NCBI GenBank assembly: GCA_963750165.1
Contig: CAVVPN010000003.1
Span: 3,360,001-3,424,000 of the forward strand
Direction of reading: 5' to 3'
DNA: 64,000 bases
DNA from: an uncultured Gemmataceae bacterium
GTDB taxonomy: Bacteria > Planctomycetota > Planctomycetia > Gemmatales > Gemmataceae
Shown here: positions 31,862 to 41,760 of the stretch, in pieces
Layout: the number at the start of each line of letters is the position of its first letter
Numbering within the stretch: the first letter of the stretch is position 1
Notes under the pieces: generated by a model
Databases searched by the model: none
What the model was told of the DNA's origin: nothing
The model's input: only the letters and a program-made list of their open reading frames with translations
Made by a program: the position numbers and the translations under genes

Positions 31862-32028
31862 GGCAACCGGCCCCACCTCCCCGTTGCCGGAAAACGTGCC
31901 GGCGAGTGCTGCCGCTTGCGGCCTGGCAGCCCTGACTGCTTTCGTTACGATGGCAGAGCAGGCTGGGACGACCCGGCCCTGGATGTGTACGAGCAATACC
32001 GGAAAAATCCATGAGCCGCGGGGACGCC

Positions 32029-32520
32029 TCATTCCGTCGGTCCTTCCAGCATTTTCTCAAAGCACACACTGCGCGGGTCGTCGCGGTAGTAGCCATAACA
32101 CTCGATCCGGTGGTAGCCGGCTGTCTCATACAACTGCATCGCTTCGGGCTGCATGATGCCCGTCTCCAGGCGGAGGCGGAGGAAATCTTGCTGCCGGGCA
32201 AACGCCTCCAGCTCGGCCAGGATACGACGGGCGATGCCGCGGCGGCGCGCCTCCGGCGCGACGTACATGCGCTTGATCTCGGCCAGGTCCGGACCCAGCG
32301 GCCGCAGCGCCCCGCAGCCGACGGCGCGACCGTCCAGCCGGGCCAGCAGGAAGACGGCGCGCGGCGCCAGCACCTGCTCGGGCAGGAAGTCGCCGGGGCC
32401 GTCGTCGCCGTAGCGGCGGCCGAATTCTTGCAGCAGGCTGGCGATCAGCGCCGCGGCCTCGGACGCGCGCGGATCGGCGGGTTCGATGAGCAGTTCCGCA
32501 GTGTTAGCGTCGGGGGTCAT
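32029..32520 (-). CDS. GNAT family N-acetyltransferase
   Basis: VGCGALR, AEIKRMYV..EARRRGIAR, LETG..QPEA..LYE..GY. Confidence 0.92.
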   Translation of the reverse strand: MTPDANTAELLIEPADPRASEAAALIASLLQEFGRRYGDDGPGDFLPEQVLAPRAVFLLARLDGRAVGCGALRPLGPDLAEIKRMYVAPEARRRGIARRILAELEAFARQQDFLRLRLETGIMQPEAMQLYETAGYHRIECYGYYRDDPRSVCFEKMLEGPTE

Positions 32521-32954
32521 GGGTGGGCTCGGCTCCAGCGGGCGGCCAGCACTTCGCCGCCGGCCCCGACGGCGACGCCGACAGTGTAGCAGGCGAGGTC
32601 GCTCCATGCAAACGTGTCGCCCAGCACCAGTTGCCCGGGCAGCGTCCGCCGTAGTGCATCGATCCAGGGAGCGTGATACAGCTGGCTGATTTCGATCAGG
32701 AAGGCGAAGCCGAGCGCCAGCACCGCCACGCGGCGCGTGGCCAGCCGCGGCAGCAAAAAACCAAAGCCGAGGAACACCACCAGGGCCCACAACGTATCGC
32801 CGGCGTAGGCGGCGACGAACGGCGGCAGTGGGACGTGTCTGGAGCGCGAGCCGAGGCCGAGCGGGATGACGACTGCGATGAACAGGGCGTATGCCAGGCG
32901 CCACCGCGGCCGGGCCGCCGCGTCGGGGTGGACCAGCCAGAGGTTGCGGAGCAT
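32517..32954 (-). CDS. DUF2809-like membrane protein
   Basis: LGLGSR, YAGDTLWA, IEISQLYHAPWIDALR, LVLG..F.WSDL.CY. Confidence 0.82.
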   Translation of the reverse strand: MLRNLWLVHPDAAARPRWRLAYALFIAVVIPLGLGSRSRHVPLPPFVAAYAGDTLWALVVFLGFGFLLPRLATRRVAVLALGFAFLIEISQLYHAPWIDALRRTLPGQLVLGDTFAWSDLACYTVGVAVGAGGEVLAARWSRAHP

Positions 32955-33018
32955 GAAGGGAATCCTCCTGCGGCGTAGGCTAACACAGCAGGAGGACCGC
33001 GGCAAGGCGCTGCGGAGG

Positions 33019-33636
33019 TCAGCCCCGACCTGCCCGCCGGCGCCAGCCCCAGCGTAGTCCCAGGGCACCGGCCGCCAGGCCAGCCAGTGTGAGCGTGGCC
33101 GGCTCCGGGACGCTGGTGACCGGCGGCGGCGTCGGGTTGCCGCCGCCACTGCCCGGGACCACCATCACGTTGGCTCCGATCATGCCCTGCACGCCCGAGC
33201 CCGTCGGCCCCGGAGCGGCGAACAGGCCGATGACCACACCGTAGTTGTTGCCGCCCAGCATCGCCTGCTGAGTCAGGGGGCTGTTGAATTGGTTGAGCAG
33301 CCCCTGGTCGGTCGTACCGCTCAGCACGCCGCTGAAGGACAGGTCGGCCGTCGTCCCGGAGGCCTGATCGGTCAGGTGCATGGTGAGCGAGTAGGCCCCG
33401 TTGGTGACGACGCCGGTGGGGCCGAACGCTTTGAGCATCACGGCCGGCACACCATCTTCGCCGTTGGTCCCACTGCCGAACGACGGGATGAACTGAACGC
33501 CGCCGCCGGTGTTGTTGAGCACCTCGGTGGTGCCCGACCAACCGTAGTTCCAGGAAATGTTATCCGCCCGGGCGCTGGCCGCCGCGCAGGCGAGCCAGCA
33601 GACCAGGATACCGAGCAGCGCCCGAACGTTTCGCAT
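33019..33636 (-). CDS. PEP-CTERM sorting domain protein
   Basis: Signal peptide ending ARA; VPEPA + TM + RRR. Confidence 0.9.
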   Translation of the reverse strand: MRNVRALLGILVCWLACAAASARADNISWNYGWSGTTEVLNNTGGGVQFIPSFGSGTNGEDGVPAVMLKAFGPTGVVTNGAYSLTMHLTDQASGTTADLSFSGVLSGTTDQGLLNQFNSPLTQQAMLGGNNYGVVIGLFAAPGPTGSGVQGMIGANVMVVPGSGGGNPTPPPVTSVPEPATLTLAGLAAGALGLRWGWRRRAGRG

Positions 33637-33851
33637 GGGTCGGGTCCTTTTTCCGTGGGGTCGCGGGGTCGGGCGTTTGTCGGCGCCCGGTTGCGGAAAA
33701 GTCGGGAGGATATGTAGCAACATTCCGGAAAGAATCAATGCTGAATCAGTCCAGCGTGCGCCTCCGAAATTTGACGCGCGGCGCGGCGGGCGCCGGCACC
33801 TGCTCAAATCCAGAGGCATACCCAACAGCGACAATCGACCTGAAAAAGCGC

Positions 33852-33882
33852 TTGACGGACAGGGTATCGTCTGTTTTATTCT
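33852..33882 (+). promoter_or_regulatory. Putative sigma70 promoter upstream of asd
   Basis: TTGACG...TATTCT with a long (19-nt) spacer and an A-tract upstream. Confidence 0.4.
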
Positions 33883-34078
33883 ACCTTTACCAGCGTTCCG
33901 ACAGGCGGCGGTGACTGGGCGACGCCGACGCCGGGGCGCTGGCCATTTTCTTTTCCAATCCCCCCATCCCTTCAACGTTTCCAGGGATTCGGACTTCCCT
34001 TGTCAAGGGGGCGAGCGTCCCCTTAAATAGCGGAAAAGTTGTCAGCCCGTTTTCTCTGCTTGCGAAAGGAACTCAAGC

Positions 34079-35104
34079 GTGGTCCCAAGCGTTGCGGTGG
34101 TCGGCGCGACCGGTGCGGTCGGCGAAATCATGCGGCAGGTGCTCACCGAGCACGCATTCCCTCTGCGTGCCATTAAATTCCTCGCCTCCGAACGTAGCGC
34201 GGGCAAACCCATCGAGTTCCAGGGCAAAAAATACCTCGTCGAGCCGCTCCGTCCCGAAGCGTTCCTCGGCGTGGACATCGTGCTGTCCAGCACGCCGGCA
34301 CTGGTCAGCCGCGAGTACAGCCCCATCGCCGCGAAGGCCGGCGCCGTCGTCGTGGACAACTCCAGCGCCTGGCGCATGGACCCGGAGGTGCCGCTGGTGG
34401 TGCCCGAGGTCAACGCCCACACGCTGGAACGCATCCCCAAAGGTATCGTCGCCAACCCAAACTGCTCGACCATTCAGATGGTGGTGGCGCTGAAACCGCT
34501 GCACGACCTGGCGAAGATCAAGCGCGTGGTCGTCTCGACGTACCAGGCGTCGTCCGGCAAGGGCGCGACGGGCTTGATGGACCTGGACGCGCAACTGCGG
34601 TCGATTGGCCGCGGTGAGAAAATGCCGGCGGCGAAGGCGCACGCGGCGCAGCTGGCGGGCAACGTGCTGCCGCACGACTGGAAGGCTGGCGACGAGGGCT
34701 ACTCCGAGGAGGAGTGGAAGATGGTGCGCGAGACGCGCAAGATCATGGGCGACGACGCCATTCAGGTGTCGCCGACAACGGTGCGCGTGCCGGTGCGCAT
34801 CGGCCACTCCGAGGCGGTGAATATCGAGTTCCATAACCCCATCACGGTGGAGCAGGCTCGCGCGGCGCTGCGCCGCGCCCCCGGCGTGGTGCTGCTGGAC
34901 GACCCGGCCAGGGGCGAGGTGCCGCTGCCGCTGCACTGCGAGGGCCGCGACGAGGTGTTCGTGGGCCGCATCCGCCGCGACTCGACGGTCGCCAACGGCC
35001 TGAACATCTGGGTGGTCGCCGACAATCTGCGCAAGGGCGCCGCGACCAACGCGGTGCAGATCGCCGAGGTGCTGGTGCAGCGCGGCTGGCTGCCACGGAA
35101 GTAA
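34079..35104 (+). CDS. asd: Aspartate-semialdehyde dehydrogenase
   Basis: GATGAVG, DNSSAWRM, ANPNCST, STYQA.SG, GHSE, DNLRKGAATNAVQIAE. Confidence 0.97.
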   Translation: MVPSVAVVGATGAVGEIMRQVLTEHAFPLRAIKFLASERSAGKPIEFQGKKYLVEPLRPEAFLGVDIVLSSTPALVSREYSPIAAKAGAVVVDNSSAWRMDPEVPLVVPEVNAHTLERIPKGIVANPNCSTIQMVVALKPLHDLAKIKRVVVSTYQASSGKGATGLMDLDAQLRSIGRGEKMPAAKAHAAQLAGNVLPHDWKAGDEGYSEEEWKMVRETRKIMGDDAIQVSPTTVRVPVRIGHSEAVNIEFHNPITVEQARAALRRAPGVVLLDDPARGEVPLPLHCEGRDEVFVGRIRRDSTVANGLNIWVVADNLRKGAATNAVQIAEVLVQRGWLPRK

Positions 35105-35111
35105 AGAGGAT

Positions 35112-35207
35112 TTCACCGCAGAGCACGCGAAGCGCGAGAGAAAAGACAAAAGAATTGTTGATCCATTTCTTTGTCTTCTCTCTGCGCTCCGCGTGCTCTG
35201 CGGTGAA
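35112..35207. repeat. MITE/REP-like long imperfect hairpin
   Basis: TTCACCGCAGAGCACGCG...CGCGTGCTCTGCGGTGAA between asd and truA. Confidence 0.8.
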
Positions 35208-35214
35208 TTTTTTT

Positions 35215-35955
35215 ATGAGGAACATCAAGCTGACGGTTTCCTATGACGGCACGGACTTCAATGGCTGGCAGACGCAGCCCGGCTACCGCACCGTGCAGGA
35301 GACCCTGGAGAAGGCGCTCGCGGAGTTGACCGGCGAGCCGCGCGTCCGCGTCAACGCCAGCGGCCGCACCGACGCCGGCGTTCACGCCGTCGGCCAGGTC
35401 GTCAACTTCTACACCAACACCCACCACAGTCCCGAAACCATCGTCCGCGCCGTCAACGCCCGGTTGCCGCACGACCTTGCGGTGCGCGACGGCTGCGACG
35501 TGCCGGAGGCGTTCGACGCCAACCTCGACGCGCTGCGCAAGCTGTACCGCTACGTCATCCACGACGGGGCGGTGCCGGACGTGTTCCTGCGCCGCTACTG
35601 TTGCCAGGCCCGCCGGCCACTGGACGCCGACGCCATGCGCCGCGCCGCGGCGCCGCTACAGGGGCGGCATGATTTCCACAGCTTCGAGACGGACTGGCCG
35701 AATCGCATGTCGAGCGTGCGCACCATCACGCACCTGGGCGTCAGCCGCTTCGGCGACTGGATCTGGATCGACGTGGAGGCGGACGGCTTCCTGTACAATA
35801 TGGTGCGCGCCATCGCCGGTACGCTGATGAACGTCGGCCGCGGGTTCTGGCCGGTGGAGTGCGTGGCGGAGATTCTCAACGCCGAGGACCGCGCCCAAGC
35901 CGGGCCGACGGCGCCGGCGCAGGGGTTGTTTCTGATGCGAGTGACGTATGCCTGA
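35215..35955 (+). CDS. truA: tRNA pseudouridine(38-40) synthase
   Basis: YDGTDFNGWQ, SGRTDAGVHA.GQV, FLYNMVR, GPTAPAQGL.L. Confidence 0.97.
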   Translation: MRNIKLTVSYDGTDFNGWQTQPGYRTVQETLEKALAELTGEPRVRVNASGRTDAGVHAVGQVVNFYTNTHHSPETIVRAVNARLPHDLAVRDGCDVPEAFDANLDALRKLYRYVIHDGAVPDVFLRRYCCQARRPLDADAMRRAAAPLQGRHDFHSFETDWPNRMSSVRTITHLGVSRFGDWIWIDVEADGFLYNMVRAIAGTLMNVGRGFWPVECVAEILNAEDRAQAGPTAPAQGLFLMRVTYA

Positions 35956-37258
35956 CACGCAGCCGAATTACCCGCCGCAACTTGAAATCGTGCCGCTGAC
36001 AAAACCGCCACAGGCGACAGTGCGCGTGCCGGGGTCGAAGAGCATCACGAACCGGGCGCTGGTGCTGGCGGCACTGGTCGGTAAGGGAAGCGATTGTGAA
36101 TTACGAGGCGCACTGAGGAGCGAAGACACGGAAGTCATGATCGCGGCACTGCAACAATTAAAGTTTCGAGTCACGCCGCGGTGGGGTGCCGACCCGCCGC
36201 TGCTCACGGTTTACTCTGAGGAAGCAGACCTCATTCCCGCCTCGTCCGCCGACCTGTTTGTGGGCAATTCCGGCACGACTATGCGATTTTTGACGGCGAT
36301 GTTGAGCCTGGGCCACGGCCGCTATCGCCTGGACGGAGTGCCGCGGATGCGGGAGCGGCCCATTGAAGATCTGTTAGCCGCCTTGCGACAACTCGGCGTC
36401 AACGCCTACAGTGAAAGCGGCAACGGCTGTCCGCCGGTCGTCATCGAGAGTCGCGGACTAAACCCTGGAACGGTGCGCATCCGGGGGAATGTCAGCAGTC
36501 AATTTTTGAGCGGTTTATTGATGGCGGCGCCGTTCGCCCACGGCGACATCGTCATTGAACTCGACGGGCCGCTGGTGTCCTGGCCCTATGTCAGCATGAC
36601 CGTTGAAATGATGCGACGCTGGTGTTTAGAAGTTGAGGTAGAAGAGCAGCGCCGATTCCGTGTTGCGCGGAAAACCTACGGCCTCCTGGGATTTGAGATT
36701 GAGCCGGACGCCTCCTCCGCCAGCTATTTCTTCGCCGCAGCGGCCATCGCCGGCGGCACCGTGCAAGTCCTCGACCTGACCGCCCACAGCCTGCAAGGGG
36801 ACGTACGCTTCGGCGATCTCCTGGAGGAGATGGGTTGTCAGTTCGTGCGCGGCACGTCCAGCCTGACGGTGACCGGTGGCCCGCTGCGCGGCATCGACGC
36901 CGACCTGAACGACATCAGTGACACCGTGATGACACTCGCCGCCGTCGCCTGCTTCGCGGAGGGGCCGACCACCATCCGCAACGTCGCCCACATCCGCCAC
37001 AAGGAGACCGACCGCCTCAGCGCCCTTGCCGCCGAGCTGCGCCGCCTCGGCGCCGGCGTGGACGAGTTCGCGGACGGCCTGACCATCACGCCACAGCCGT
37101 TGCACGGAACGACCGTGCAAACGTATAATGACCACCGCATGGCGATGAGCCTGGCGCTGATCGGCCTGCGCGTGCCGGGTGTCGTGATCGACAACCCGGG
37201 CTGCGTGGCCAAGACGTATCCGGGCTTCTTTGCGGACCTGGAAAAACTCAGGGAATGA
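35948..37258 (+). CDS. aroA: EPSP synthase
   Basis: PGSKSITNRAL, GNSGTTMRF, RMRERP, SSQFLS, KETDR, DHRMAM, KTYP.F. Confidence 0.97.
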   Translation: MPDTQPNYPPQLEIVPLTKPPQATVRVPGSKSITNRALVLAALVGKGSDCELRGALRSEDTEVMIAALQQLKFRVTPRWGADPPLLTVYSEEADLIPASSADLFVGNSGTTMRFLTAMLSLGHGRYRLDGVPRMRERPIEDLLAALRQLGVNAYSESGNGCPPVVIESRGLNPGTVRIRGNVSSQFLSGLLMAAPFAHGDIVIELDGPLVSWPYVSMTVEMMRRWCLEVEVEEQRRFRVARKTYGLLGFEIEPDASSASYFFAAAAIAGGTVQVLDLTAHSLQGDVRFGDLLEEMGCQFVRGTSSLTVTGGPLRGIDADLNDISDTVMTLAAVACFAEGPTTIRNVAHIRHKETDRLSALAAELRRLGAGVDEFADGLTITPQPLHGTTVQTYNDHRMAMSLALIGLRVPGVVIDNPGCVAKTYPGFFADLEKLRE

Positions 37259-37276
37259 GCGAAAGGAGTTGCCCCA

Positions 37277-37975
37277 ATGACCACTCCCATGACACAAACG
37301 GGCGTGCCGCCGTTGGAGCAGGGGGATCATTTAACCCGCGATGAATTTGAGCGGCGCTATGAAGCCATGCCTCAGGTGAAGAAGGCGGAGCTGATCGAAG
37401 GAGTCGTCCACATGCCCTCCCCCTTGCGCTGGCAGCACCACGCCTCTCCGAACGGAGACATTAACGCCTTGTTCAAGGTTTACCAGGCTCACACCCCCGG
37501 CACGCGGGCCGGGGTGAATGGCACGCTGCGCATTGATTTTCAAAATGAATTCCAACCGGACGCCACCTTGGTTATTGAGCCGGAGTACGGTGGCCAACTC
37601 CGCTACAGCCAGGACGATTACCTCGACGGTGCCCCCGAATTGGTCGCGGAAGTTACTGCGAGTACCGTCAGCATCGACTTGAACACCAAACTCCGCGTCT
37701 ACCAACGCAACCGGGTTTGCGAATACCTGGTGTGGCGTATCCAGGATCAGGCTTTTGACTGGTTCGTATTGCGGCAGGGCAACTACGACCGCCTGTCGCT
37801 CAACGCCCTGGGTCACTACCAGAGCGAAGTCTTCCCCGGCCTTTGGCTCGACCCCGCGGCGCTGGTCCGCTTTGACCTGGCCGCCGTCCTGCAAGTGCTT
37901 ATGCAGGGCCTGGCCAGCCCCGAGCACACCGCCTTCGTCACCAGGTTGCAGCAAGCTCGCAAGCCAACGCCGTGA
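37277..37975 (+). CDS. Uma2 family endonuclease
   Basis: KAELIEGVVHM, QPD, GAPELVAEV, EYLVW, FPGLWLD. Confidence 0.9.
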   Translation: MTTPMTQTGVPPLEQGDHLTRDEFERRYEAMPQVKKAELIEGVVHMPSPLRWQHHASPNGDINALFKVYQAHTPGTRAGVNGTLRIDFQNEFQPDATLVIEPEYGGQLRYSQDDYLDGAPELVAEVTASTVSIDLNTKLRVYQRNRVCEYLVWRIQDQAFDWFVLRQGNYDRLSLNALGHYQSEVFPGLWLDPAALVRFDLAAVLQVLMQGLASPEHTAFVTRLQQARKPTP

Positions 37976-37983
37976 CCGCCGCG

Positions 37984-39018
37984 TCACTCCTCGCTCATCA
38001 GCCGGGCCAGCGGCCAGGTGTCGGAGAGGTTGGCCAGCACGATCTTCAAACTCGTCAGCATCGGCACCGCCAGCAGCAACCCGACGATGCCCCACGTCCA
38101 GCCCCAGTACGCCAGGAACGCCAGCAACAAGCTCGAATCCACGTTCAACTGCTTGCCGGTCAGGCGCACCTCCAGGAAGTCGATCCACAGGGAACGGTTC
38201 GCGATGAGCAGGCCGCCCACGACCACCGCCACCCAGGGATTGTCGTACTGCAGCAGCGCCACGACCACCGGCGGCACCAGCGCCACCATGCTGCCGATGT
38301 ACGTGATGTAGTTCAGCAGGAAGAACAGGAACGCCCACAGGAACCAGTAGTCCAGGTCGAACGGCGCCAGAATGGCGGCGGCGCAGCCGGCCATGGCCAG
38401 ACTGATGAGCGTCTTGACGCGCAGGAAATAGCCCATCTGATCGGCGATCTTTTGGGCCACGGCTACCACCCGCTCGGCCTTCTCCGGCGTCAGCGCCCGT
38501 TGCACCCGGTGCTTCATCTTGCCCACGTCCAGAATCAGGAACATCAGGTAGAAGAACGTCATCGCCGCGAATTCCAGCACGTTCAGGGCGGTGCCGAACA
38601 GCACCCGCACCAGATCTTCGGCAGACAGGGCCAGGGTGTTGATTACGGTGCGGCCCGCGTCCGGGACGACGGCGTCCACCAGGTTGGTCAGTCGTTTCTG
38701 ATACTCCGGCCAGTGGCGGCGGAACGACAGGGCGGTGTCCTGCGCCAGGTAGCCCAGGATCCCGAACGCCGCGACCACGATCAGCAGGAGCAGCGTGTAG
38801 CTCAGCAAGGAGGGGATGCCGATCCGGCGCAGGGCCTCCGCGGCTGGCCGCACGGCGTAGAAGAGGAACACGCCGACCAGCAACGGTTGCAGCACCGGGC
38901 CGGCGTAGGTGATGGCCGCGGCGCTCACCACCGTGGCGATCACGATCAGCGCGATGGTGTTGGTCCGCGACCGCTTGCTGGGCTTCGTCGGTGTCGTCGG
39001 CTCGGCGACCGTGCTCAT
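37984..39018 (-). CDS. AI-2E family transporter
   Basis: Multi-TM; FLLNYITYIGS, WGWTWGIVGLLLAVP. Confidence 0.88.
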   Translation of the reverse strand: MSTVAEPTTPTKPSKRSRTNTIALIVIATVVSAAAITYAGPVLQPLLVGVFLFYAVRPAAEALRRIGIPSLLSYTLLLLIVVAAFGILGYLAQDTALSFRRHWPEYQKRLTNLVDAVVPDAGRTVINTLALSAEDLVRVLFGTALNVLEFAAMTFFYLMFLILDVGKMKHRVQRALTPEKAERVVAVAQKIADQMGYFLRVKTLISLAMAGCAAAILAPFDLDYWFLWAFLFFLLNYITYIGSMVALVPPVVVALLQYDNPWVAVVVGGLLIANRSLWIDFLEVRLTGKQLNVDSSLLLAFLAYWGWTWGIVGLLLAVPMLTSLKIVLANLSDTWPLARLMSEE

Positions 39019-39264
39019 GGCTGCCCCTCGATCATTCGCCCGAGAGTTCGCTTACCCCAGGTGAATACAGGACGCAAGTTTTGTGCCACGAGCCGGCGTG
39101 CCCCTCGGGAAGAGCATGGGATCGCGCGCTCATTTCGGAGCACGTCACTGGTTGCGACTCGACCTGCAAACGGGTAACATCGTTCGTAACCCCACGGGCC
39201 TTTGCTCACCCACCAGGCCCCCGCAAAATGAAAACAGTGGTCTCCCACCAGAAAGGGCCCTCCC

Positions 39265-40671
39265 GTGCTCACCCTCCTGAATCGTCAGCCTGTCCGGCAT
39301 TGCCAGGGCCTGGGCCGCCGCGAATTCCTCAAAGTTGGCGGCCTTGGCCTGCTCGGCAACCTCACGCTCCCCCTGTTGTTGCGGGCCAGGGCGGCGGCGG
39401 CCGCGGAAGGCCGGACGGTCAGAGACAGGTCGGTCGTGTTGCTTTTCCTCCAGGGCGGGCCCTCCCACATCGAGTTTTTTGACCCGAAGATGACGGCCCC
39501 CGCGGAATTCCGCAGCATCACCGGCGAGGTGCAGACCCGTTTGCCGGGGATTACGTTCGGCGGCACCTTCCCGCAACTCGCCCGCCTGGCGGACAAGCTG
39601 GCGGTCGTCCGGTCTTACGCCACCGGCAACGCGGACCACACTTACCAGCTCGCCACCAGCGGCGGCAACCCGACGTGCGCCAGCATGGGTGCCCTGTATG
39701 CCCGGGTCGCGGGCGTGAACCACCCGCACACCGGCATGCCGAACAACGTCCTGGTGCTCCCGGAGGCGGTCCAGCCCGGTCTGCGCCTTCAGGGGAATTT
39801 TGAGACAAGCGCCCTGCCCACCCTGACCAGCCCCGGCGAACTGGGGGCGAGCTACCAGGCGTTTAACCCCAGTGGCACCGGCGAGGTCCAGCGCAACATG
39901 CAACTGCGCCTCCCCGCGGATCGGTTTGCGGATCGCCGTTACCTGCTGGAACAACTGGACACCATGCGCCGGGACGTGGACGCCGCTGGCTCCCTGGCCG
40001 GCGCCGACCGGTTTCAGCAACAGGCGTTCGAGGTCGTGACGCGGGGCGTCGCGGCGGCGTTCGACCTGTCCCGGGAATCCGCGCGGGTCGTCGCCCGCTA
40101 CGACACCAGCCACCTGTTCCGCAACGAGGAGCTGCAACGCTATTACGACATGCGGCGGGCTTCCAACCTGCTCGGCAAGCAGTTGCTGCTGGCGCGGCGC
40201 CTGTGCGAGGCGGGCTGCGGCTTCGTGACGGTCTCCGACTGCGGCTGGGACATGCACGCCAACAATAACAGTCCGCGGCACATGGCCGGGCTGGCGCCGA
40301 TGACCCGGCAGGTGGACCATGCCGTGTCGGCCTTCATCGAGGATCTGGAGGCGCGCGGCCTGAGTGAGCAAATTCTGCTGGTCGTCACGGGGGAAATGGG
40401 GCGCACGCCGCGGTTGAACAACAACGGCGGCCGCGACCATCACGCCAACCTGACGACGCTGGCCTTCGCGGGCGGCAGCTTGCGGATGGGCCAGGTGATC
40501 GGCCGTTCGGATCGGTTGGCCGCAAGTCCCGCTTCGGAACGGTTCGGCCCCGGTCACTTGCTGGCGACGGTGATGCACCACCTCCTGGACCTGGGCGAGG
40601 TGCGCGTGCAGCGCGGGCTGGGCCGGGTGGCGACGGCGCTCACGGCAGGCCAACCGATCCCGGGGCTGTAG
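39265..40671 (+). CDS. DUF1501 domain protein (Tat-like leader)
   Basis: RREFLKVG, FLQGGPSH..FDPK, LLARRLCEAG, WDMH, GEMGRTPR.N..GGRDH. Confidence 0.92.
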   Translation: MLTLLNRQPVRHCQGLGRREFLKVGGLGLLGNLTLPLLLRARAAAAAEGRTVRDRSVVLLFLQGGPSHIEFFDPKMTAPAEFRSITGEVQTRLPGITFGGTFPQLARLADKLAVVRSYATGNADHTYQLATSGGNPTCASMGALYARVAGVNHPHTGMPNNVLVLPEAVQPGLRLQGNFETSALPTLTSPGELGASYQAFNPSGTGEVQRNMQLRLPADRFADRRYLLEQLDTMRRDVDAAGSLAGADRFQQQAFEVVTRGVAAAFDLSRESARVVARYDTSHLFRNEELQRYYDMRRASNLLGKQLLLARRLCEAGCGFVTVSDCGWDMHANNNSPRHMAGLAPMTRQVDHAVSAFIEDLEARGLSEQILLVVTGEMGRTPRLNNNGGRDHHANLTTLAFAGGSLRMGQVIGRSDRLAASPASERFGPGHLLATVMHHLLDLGEVRVQRGLGRVATALTAGQPIPGL

Positions 40672-40856
40672 TGTTCCTCCCTCCGGGGCCGTTTTCCGCA
40701 GCCGGTGCCGGGCGCAGCAAATGAGTTCGGCTGCCCAGGATGCCCTGGCTTCAGGTTGGCCACCGTGCCCAGTGCCTGTGGGCAACAAGAGCGGTTCGCA
40801 GGCGGAGTGCGCACGGGTGGGGTGGCGGACACGGCCTGACGTGCGGCGGCCTGCAC

Positions 40857-41078
40857 TGCCACAGCAAGGGGGCCAAGGGGGCCAAGGGGGCCAACTTTTT
40901 CATACGTCGAGATGCGGCGCCCTGGCTCCGTAGGGGTGGCACGGCGCGACAGCCAACGGCGGCGGTTGCCACAGCAAGGGGGCCAAGGGGGCCAACGTTT
41001 TCACACGTCGAGAAGCGGCGCCTGGCAGCGCGGGCTTGCCGTTCGTGGTCCTTGCGACGGCAAACTGCTCTATTCTGG
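40857..41078. repeat. Two direct repeats 110 bp apart with AAGGGGGCC 9-mer arrays; homologous to 5034-5159
   Basis: TGCCACAGC(AAGGGGGCC)3AACTTTTTCATACGTCGAGA at 40857 and TGCCACAGC(AAGGGGGCC)2AACGTTTTCACACGTCGAGA at 40967. Confidence 0.9.
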
Positions 41079-41309
41079 CAGGGGCAGACGGTGGTTACAT
41101 TTTCATCGAAACTTTTTGTCTCCGGGAGGGTTTATCTCTTACCAATAATCATCTGCGATTCATTAAGCCCCCCTAACACTTGGAGGGATTCATGGGTGCC
41201 GGCGTCCTGCGCTGATACCATTGAGGACCGTTCTGGGGGCGCGATCCTTTCCTGCACTCTCGTGGTAGTCGGCGTGTGCCCAAAGATGGGGGCATGCGCG
41301 CCGCCTTTG

Positions 41310-41410
41310 AGAAGATTAAAAAAAATTCCGAAATTCTGGTTTAACTCTGGAAATTCAAAAAAAAAGGGTTACAACATTTATTCAGCAAGATTTTTGGCTT
41401 GATACTACCA
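41310..41410 (+). promoter_or_regulatory. AT-rich probable promoter region of the giant gene
   Basis: A-tracts, direct repeat TCYG(G)AAATTC, GATACT -10-like hexamer at 41401. Confidence 0.45.
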
Positions 41411-41414
41411 AGTT

Positions 41415-41760
41415 TGTGTCGCTGCGGCACAGGCGATACCCGAAAGGTGTGCGCAGCGCCATTGGCCTGCCCCCGCACCATCTGTGGGTGTGGGGTTCTG
41501 TCCACAACCAGCCTCCCTGATGGGAGACCGTGGGAGTGTACGGCCATTGGTTGGAACCGAGAAAGATGACGGTTGCGTCCTGTGGTGAACCACTGGCTTC
41601 TGGCATAAATTCTTGCATCCCAGTGGTTCCCGCTTCTCGTTGGCGAAATCCGGCTCTGGGTTGCCGCCCGGTGCGCGAAGGCTGCTCGGAACGTCGTACA
41701 GGTTTGCCTGTATAAGTGGCTGTCAGTTCTCTCCCTTGAGAAAAGTGAGTTTCTCATGAC
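41415..41760 (+). ncRNA. Candidate structured leader RNA (loosely c-di-GMP-I-like pieces)
   Basis: At least six adjacent hairpins, including TACC-CGAAA-GGTG, CTCCC-TGAT-GGGAG, GAACCACTGG/CCAGTGGTTC and TACAGG-TTTG-CCTGTA. Confidence 0.35.

Noticed and set aside
33880..34078. Lysine riboswitch before asd
   Set aside because: Conserved lysine-aptamer sequence blocks are not recognisable.
40857..41025. Direct repeats as a mini CRISPR array
   Set aside because: Only two long units with internal 9-mer arrays, no unique-spacer pattern and no cas genes.
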